A stretch of 53,682 nt of DNA from Eremomyces bilateralis CBS 781.70. Its lineage: Eukaryota. The stretch lies in the NCBI GenBank assembly GCA_010015585.1, contig ML975168.1; one strand, written 5' to 3'. Position numbers and translations under genes: made by a program. The notes beneath the pieces were generated by a model. It saw only the letters and a list, made by a program, of their open reading frames with translations, had not been told where the DNA came from and did no database searches. This document shows positions 49,530-53,682 of this stretch, one piece after another (the stretch's first letter is position 1; each line of letters begins with the position of its first letter).

Positions 49530-50282
49530 TCACAGCCCAAATAACAACAGGTACATCAACAGCGGCAAGCTTGCGACCAACTTCATTTCCAGCGAACCTG
49601 ATCTTGATCTCGACCGCGACCTCGGCGCGTAGCTTGAATAGGGCGTTCGCAACGCCATCCTGGGCTGTGTCCAGTCGGTCGTCAGCGTATATGTTGGAGT
49701 CTGCCCCCGGAGAGGCGTTGTGTGGACTACGTCTGCGCTAGGAGGGTCTGCGGCAGTCGGTGTCGTGCGTGGAATGGAGGTAGCAGAATGGAGGTGGGTA
49801 TCGGCGCATGGTTTCGTTCTCGTGGTCTCATTTCCCGCTCGCCAGCTGCTGGAGACCAGGGGGATCCAGGTCCATTCGCCTTGGTCTTTGGAGATGGGCG
49901 ACTGGGCAAAGGACTTAAGTGAGGACCAGGGACCGTGGCCTTGCGTGCCAGCGGTTGTTAAGGAGTTCGGGAAATCTGTGCCGATGCGGTGCCAACCATG
50001 ATCGGGGCTGTCGAGATTGCTGGTTGTCCCAGTACTAATGGTTCCAAGAGAGAGGGCATTAGTTGCAGTCTGTCGGTACGCGACTGTGCTTTCGAAGCAG
50101 TTTATGCCCGAAGTGCCGGTTCCATCTCCCCCGAAAACTGCTCGAGGGACCAGGTCCTCTTCACTATACCGTCCGAAGACAATTTGATCATCGAATGCGC
50201 CGAATGGCTTTCCTGGTACAAGCGTGGTGGCTAGGATGAAAGGGATGAGCCGTGCTTGTTGAATGGGTTGCCCGGTACATCG
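49530..50282 (-). CDS. Possible terminal exon of an unrecognised Ser/Thr-rich, GPI-like protein
   Basis: 250 stop-free codons lacking an early start codon, ending SGSLEMKLVASLPLLMYLLLFGL*. Upstream exon(s) uncertain. Confidence 0.35.
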   Translation of the reverse strand, partial: RCTGQPIQQARLIPFILATTLVPGKPFGAFDDQIVFGRYSEEDLVPRAVFGGDGTGTSGINCFESTVAYRQTATNALSLGTISTGTTSNLDSPDHGWHRIGTDFPNSLTTAGTQGHGPWSSLKSFAQSPISKDQGEWTWIPLVSSSWRAGNETTRTKPCADTHLHSATSIPRTTPTAADPPSADVVHTTPLRGQTPTYTLTTDWTQPRMALRTPYSSYAPRSRSRSRSGSLEMKLVASLPLLMYLLLFGL

Positions 50283-50738
50283 TCAGCAAGTTGAATTTGC
50301 ACAAGACGTTTGGGTGGCATACATGGTGGATAGGTATGTAGGTAAGATATGCGGGTGTTAGATGAGCTGTCTGAAGGTGATTGAGGTGGTGTCTGAGGAA
50401 GCACTGCAGATTGTGTAGGATGTTGACAAAGATGGGACATGATGGAGAGAGGTCGCATGATAAATAGTAGTGATACTGCAACCAACTCACCAGCAGAGCC
50501 AAGTTCGACCCAGTACAATCCCGAAGGCAATAATAATCGACGACGAAAAGAAAGATCCATGGAGAAACAGGACACCCAACGAGAACATACACGCTACCCA
50601 TGAAAGCAAGGACGTCCAAAAGAGAGCTCATCGTAACTCTCCGCAATCAGCATCTATAGAAAGTAGGACGGCATATTTCATAACCCACTATACATACACA
50701 TCACCAACACACCGCCCGCACCAATCCAACCTAACCCC

Positions 50739-52804
50739 TCACTTCCGCTTCCGCGGCTTCTCCTTCTTTTCCTTCCCACTGGCAACTGCCTCCGCGCTTT
50801 TGCTGACCGCGGCTGCTTCCGCCCCCTTGCTCGCCGCATCGGCAGGTGCGGCAAGCGGCTTCGCAGCTTCCTTGGCATCCTCCTCTTCATCATCGCCACC
50901 CTGCCCGAACTCGTTGACGCGCGTGTAATCGATGCGGTATGCCCAGCGCTGGTACAGATAGATGAAGAAGATGACGTCGTCGCGGAGCGTGGCGAGACGG
51001 TGGAGGGTAGGCATTTTGATGGTGAATGCGAAGAGATCGTCTAGTCGGGATTAGTTGCGTCGTCACAGTGAGAGGGGAGGAACGTACCGATGAATGTGGA
51101 GAGGACTTTGTACATCATGGCCTTTCCGGGCATGTGCGCGATGGACTTGAGGCGGTAGTTGATGTACAGGGATGGGACCATCATCAGGAAGCCGTATGCA
51201 TACACCGAGCCTACTAAAGTCGCGATGATGAAACTGTACCATGACTTGTGAGTCTCGTAGTACAAGGAGTAACCTGCGTAGGCGAAAAGGAGAGGGACGG
51301 CGATGCGATATAGATATTTGAAGGCGACGGCATCAGCCTCTTCGGTCTTCTTTTCCGTCTCCGACAGCTTGTGCTTGTCTTCGAACACGACGGAATAAGG
51401 CAGGAACGAGCCGGGTGCGGTCGGTCGAACTCGAATATTCACCGTCTTCGTGATCTTCCATGCCTCGACGGCGATGCCCATTCCCTGACTGAACAGGATC
51501 ATCCAGCTGGTATTCTCGTTGTTGTCCATGAGATACAGGAAGATGATCGTCTGCATGACGACGTTCGCCACGATGGTTCGGAAACTCGTGCCTACGTTGT
51601 CCTTCTTCTTGCGCCAGTGGCTGACGTCGTTCTTGAACGCTAGGAACTCGAAGATCATATGGAAGACGCTGACCACGAAGGTCAAGCCGAGCAGGTAGGT
51701 GTTGCTGTCGAGCAGGATGCGTTTGAATTCCTCGAACTCGGATCCGTCTCCCGTCGCAGGCGCATTGCCTTGCGCAGCCTGGTACTGGGTCGCCTTCATG
51801 CCTTCGTCGACGCTTGCAAAGATGGTGTATCTCCAATTGGGCAGGTTGCTGAGCTGGATATTGAGCGGCAATTGCTTGACCGTCTGGTTAATCTCCAGCA
51901 TCTGGTCGCGCAGTTGCCAGAAGGTGTTCGGATAGAGGATCGGGAAATACCATCCATTCTGTCCACTCGCATCCCGTGCGCCGGTTCGGTCGAGCTGGAT
52001 AAACTGGATGAGAGATGGATGCATCTGGGGATAATTCTGCGTCCCTGAGTCCGGGATGAAGTTGAGGGAAAAGTTCGAATGGTAGTACGATGCCCATTCC
52101 TTTGGCTTCTTCGCCAGCTCCTCTTCTTCCCTGGCTTCTTCCTCCGACATGTTCTTCTTTTCCAGCAGGTTTCTCAGCTTCGCTTGCCGCTTCTTGACCA
52201 GAACTTGAGTCAGGGGTCGCGCGAAGTTATATGCCTTGGCAATGTCGTAGTCCTTCGCCGCCGGGTCCATATTGAACCCGGACTGCGCGACGAAGTAGTG
52301 CGCCCATAGCGTTCCATTATTCTGCACCGCTTCCGGAACCGGGAACTCCACATGGATCTCGCGTTTATCGCTGTAGTTGCCGAACCCAAACTCTTGCTCA
52401 TCGACAACCAGCGAATCGCTGGGCATGGATGAAAGGGAAGGCAGGACCATCGACGGCGACACATAGACTCGGAGATCCAACTTCGACCCGGACGACCACA
52501 TCGGCGCGATGACATTCGGTACCCTGGCATATTCCGCGTCCGCATCAGGTACCGCCGGTCGTTCGGCGAAGTCGGGGACGGCGGGCTTTCCAGCGGACGT
52601 GCTTCCCTTTCCAAAGAACTGGTTGGTGACGAACTGGACCGCTAGGAAGATACCGACAGTTTGGAGGATGGTTTTCAACATCTATCACGGCGGTCAATAT
52701 CGTAGGTTGCGCAGGTTCAACGATGGCGTACGTACGCTGCCTTGGCCTCCTCCCTCTTGTTTCCCGGTCTGCCCTTGGGCGGGCCTGCCTGATGGTTGTG
52801 GCAT
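50739..52804 (-). CDS. CLPTM1-family membrane protein (lipid scramblase-like); introns ~52682-52735 and ~51042-51087
   Basis: VQNNGTLWAH, NTFWQLR, FEFLAFKNDVSHW, VEAWKITK, PSLYINYRLKSIAHMP, MPTLHRLATLRDD, RVNEFGQ. Confidence 0.93.
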
Positions 52805-53682
52805 GTTGGACCGATGAATTCCACTCGGCACTTTGCGTTCAAGTGCTAGGGAATTTTGGACCAACAGAAATCGGTACAGGCGACGTTCCTCCAAAGTCCA
52901 AACTCAACGTTGGTGCTTTTCCTAACTCCACGCGATCTTCGAATCACATCTTTTTATGGGTCCTGTCAAGTTTGGCAATTATGATTGGCTCAGTTATCTG
53001 CCTGTGTTTGTCAGCCATTATGAATCCAAGTATCCAACTAGGGCAAGCCGTCCTCATAAAGTCTTCATGAAATCTAACCCGATTTATCCCTAGCGCTCAT
53101 AAATGGGCTCATAAATACTAGCCCAATTAGGTATAGAATTACCCAAATGTTAGTGCCTGAGGCATCCACATCGGCATTTGGGGATCCTACCCATTCTTAT
53201 ATAGCTCTCCCCAACTGTATATAATCTGTAATCGACATCTCATCGCTCAAATGATCAAACCATAACAGGAATGGACGTGTATGTACATGGCTGCAATCTT
53301 CATGAAGAAGGATGGTTGGATGACTCAGCATGATGACTCATCAATGCACGTGCCTATTACTGCCACGTTCCTTGAGACCCCTCAGTAATCCATCATTTTA
53401 TTTCAAGTGAGCTCATTTGAATTACCCTACGTCCATCTGACAACTGAGACAACCATCAGCCAACTGCCTCATACCATTCGTTTGCCATATTATGTATATT
53501 CCATGTCGAACACACGTCGATCATACAATCTAGGGAAGAGTAATGACTAAGTCAACGTACCCACTTTCCGTGCAACCCAGATTCCGCGCACCCCTTGAGA
53601 TAATACGTAGATACGTAGAGCGCTTTTGATCAATGAAATAAATTCAACAACACCATCTAATATTATCAGGATGCCTCGTATT

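Overview
Fungal (Pezizomycotina-type ascomycete) nuclear DNA: gene-dense, with short GT-AG introns and CTAAC/CTGAC branch sites. The first ~5.2 kb is the right-hand part of an apparently intact DNA transposon. It carries a RecQ-like SF2 helicase (cut by the window edge) and a convergent three-exon ~880-aa DUF6589-type transposase whose stop codons are 5 bp apart, followed by a subterminal tandem repeat; this layout fits the AcademH lineage of Academ transposons. The rest is mostly housekeeping genes: peroxisomal APH/ACAD10-like phosphotransferase, Sld7_C protein, ITT1/RNF14 RBR ligase, dolichyl-PP phosphatase, KSP1 kinase, UTR4, SSL1, CHS7-like chaperone, CYC2, AIM32, SAE2/CtIP, an F-box protein, RPN8, a BTB protein and CLPTM1. 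Also present are a decayed NACHT-WD40 (HET-E-like) plus HET-domain locus, an RNase H relic, a candidate intronic C/D snoRNA, two long structured first introns (UTR4, SSL1) and a hidden 250-codon frame with a GPI-like tail. All assignments come from motif recognition by eye; no searches were run. I found no clearly new biological system; the Academ-like element and the structured introns are the best leads.
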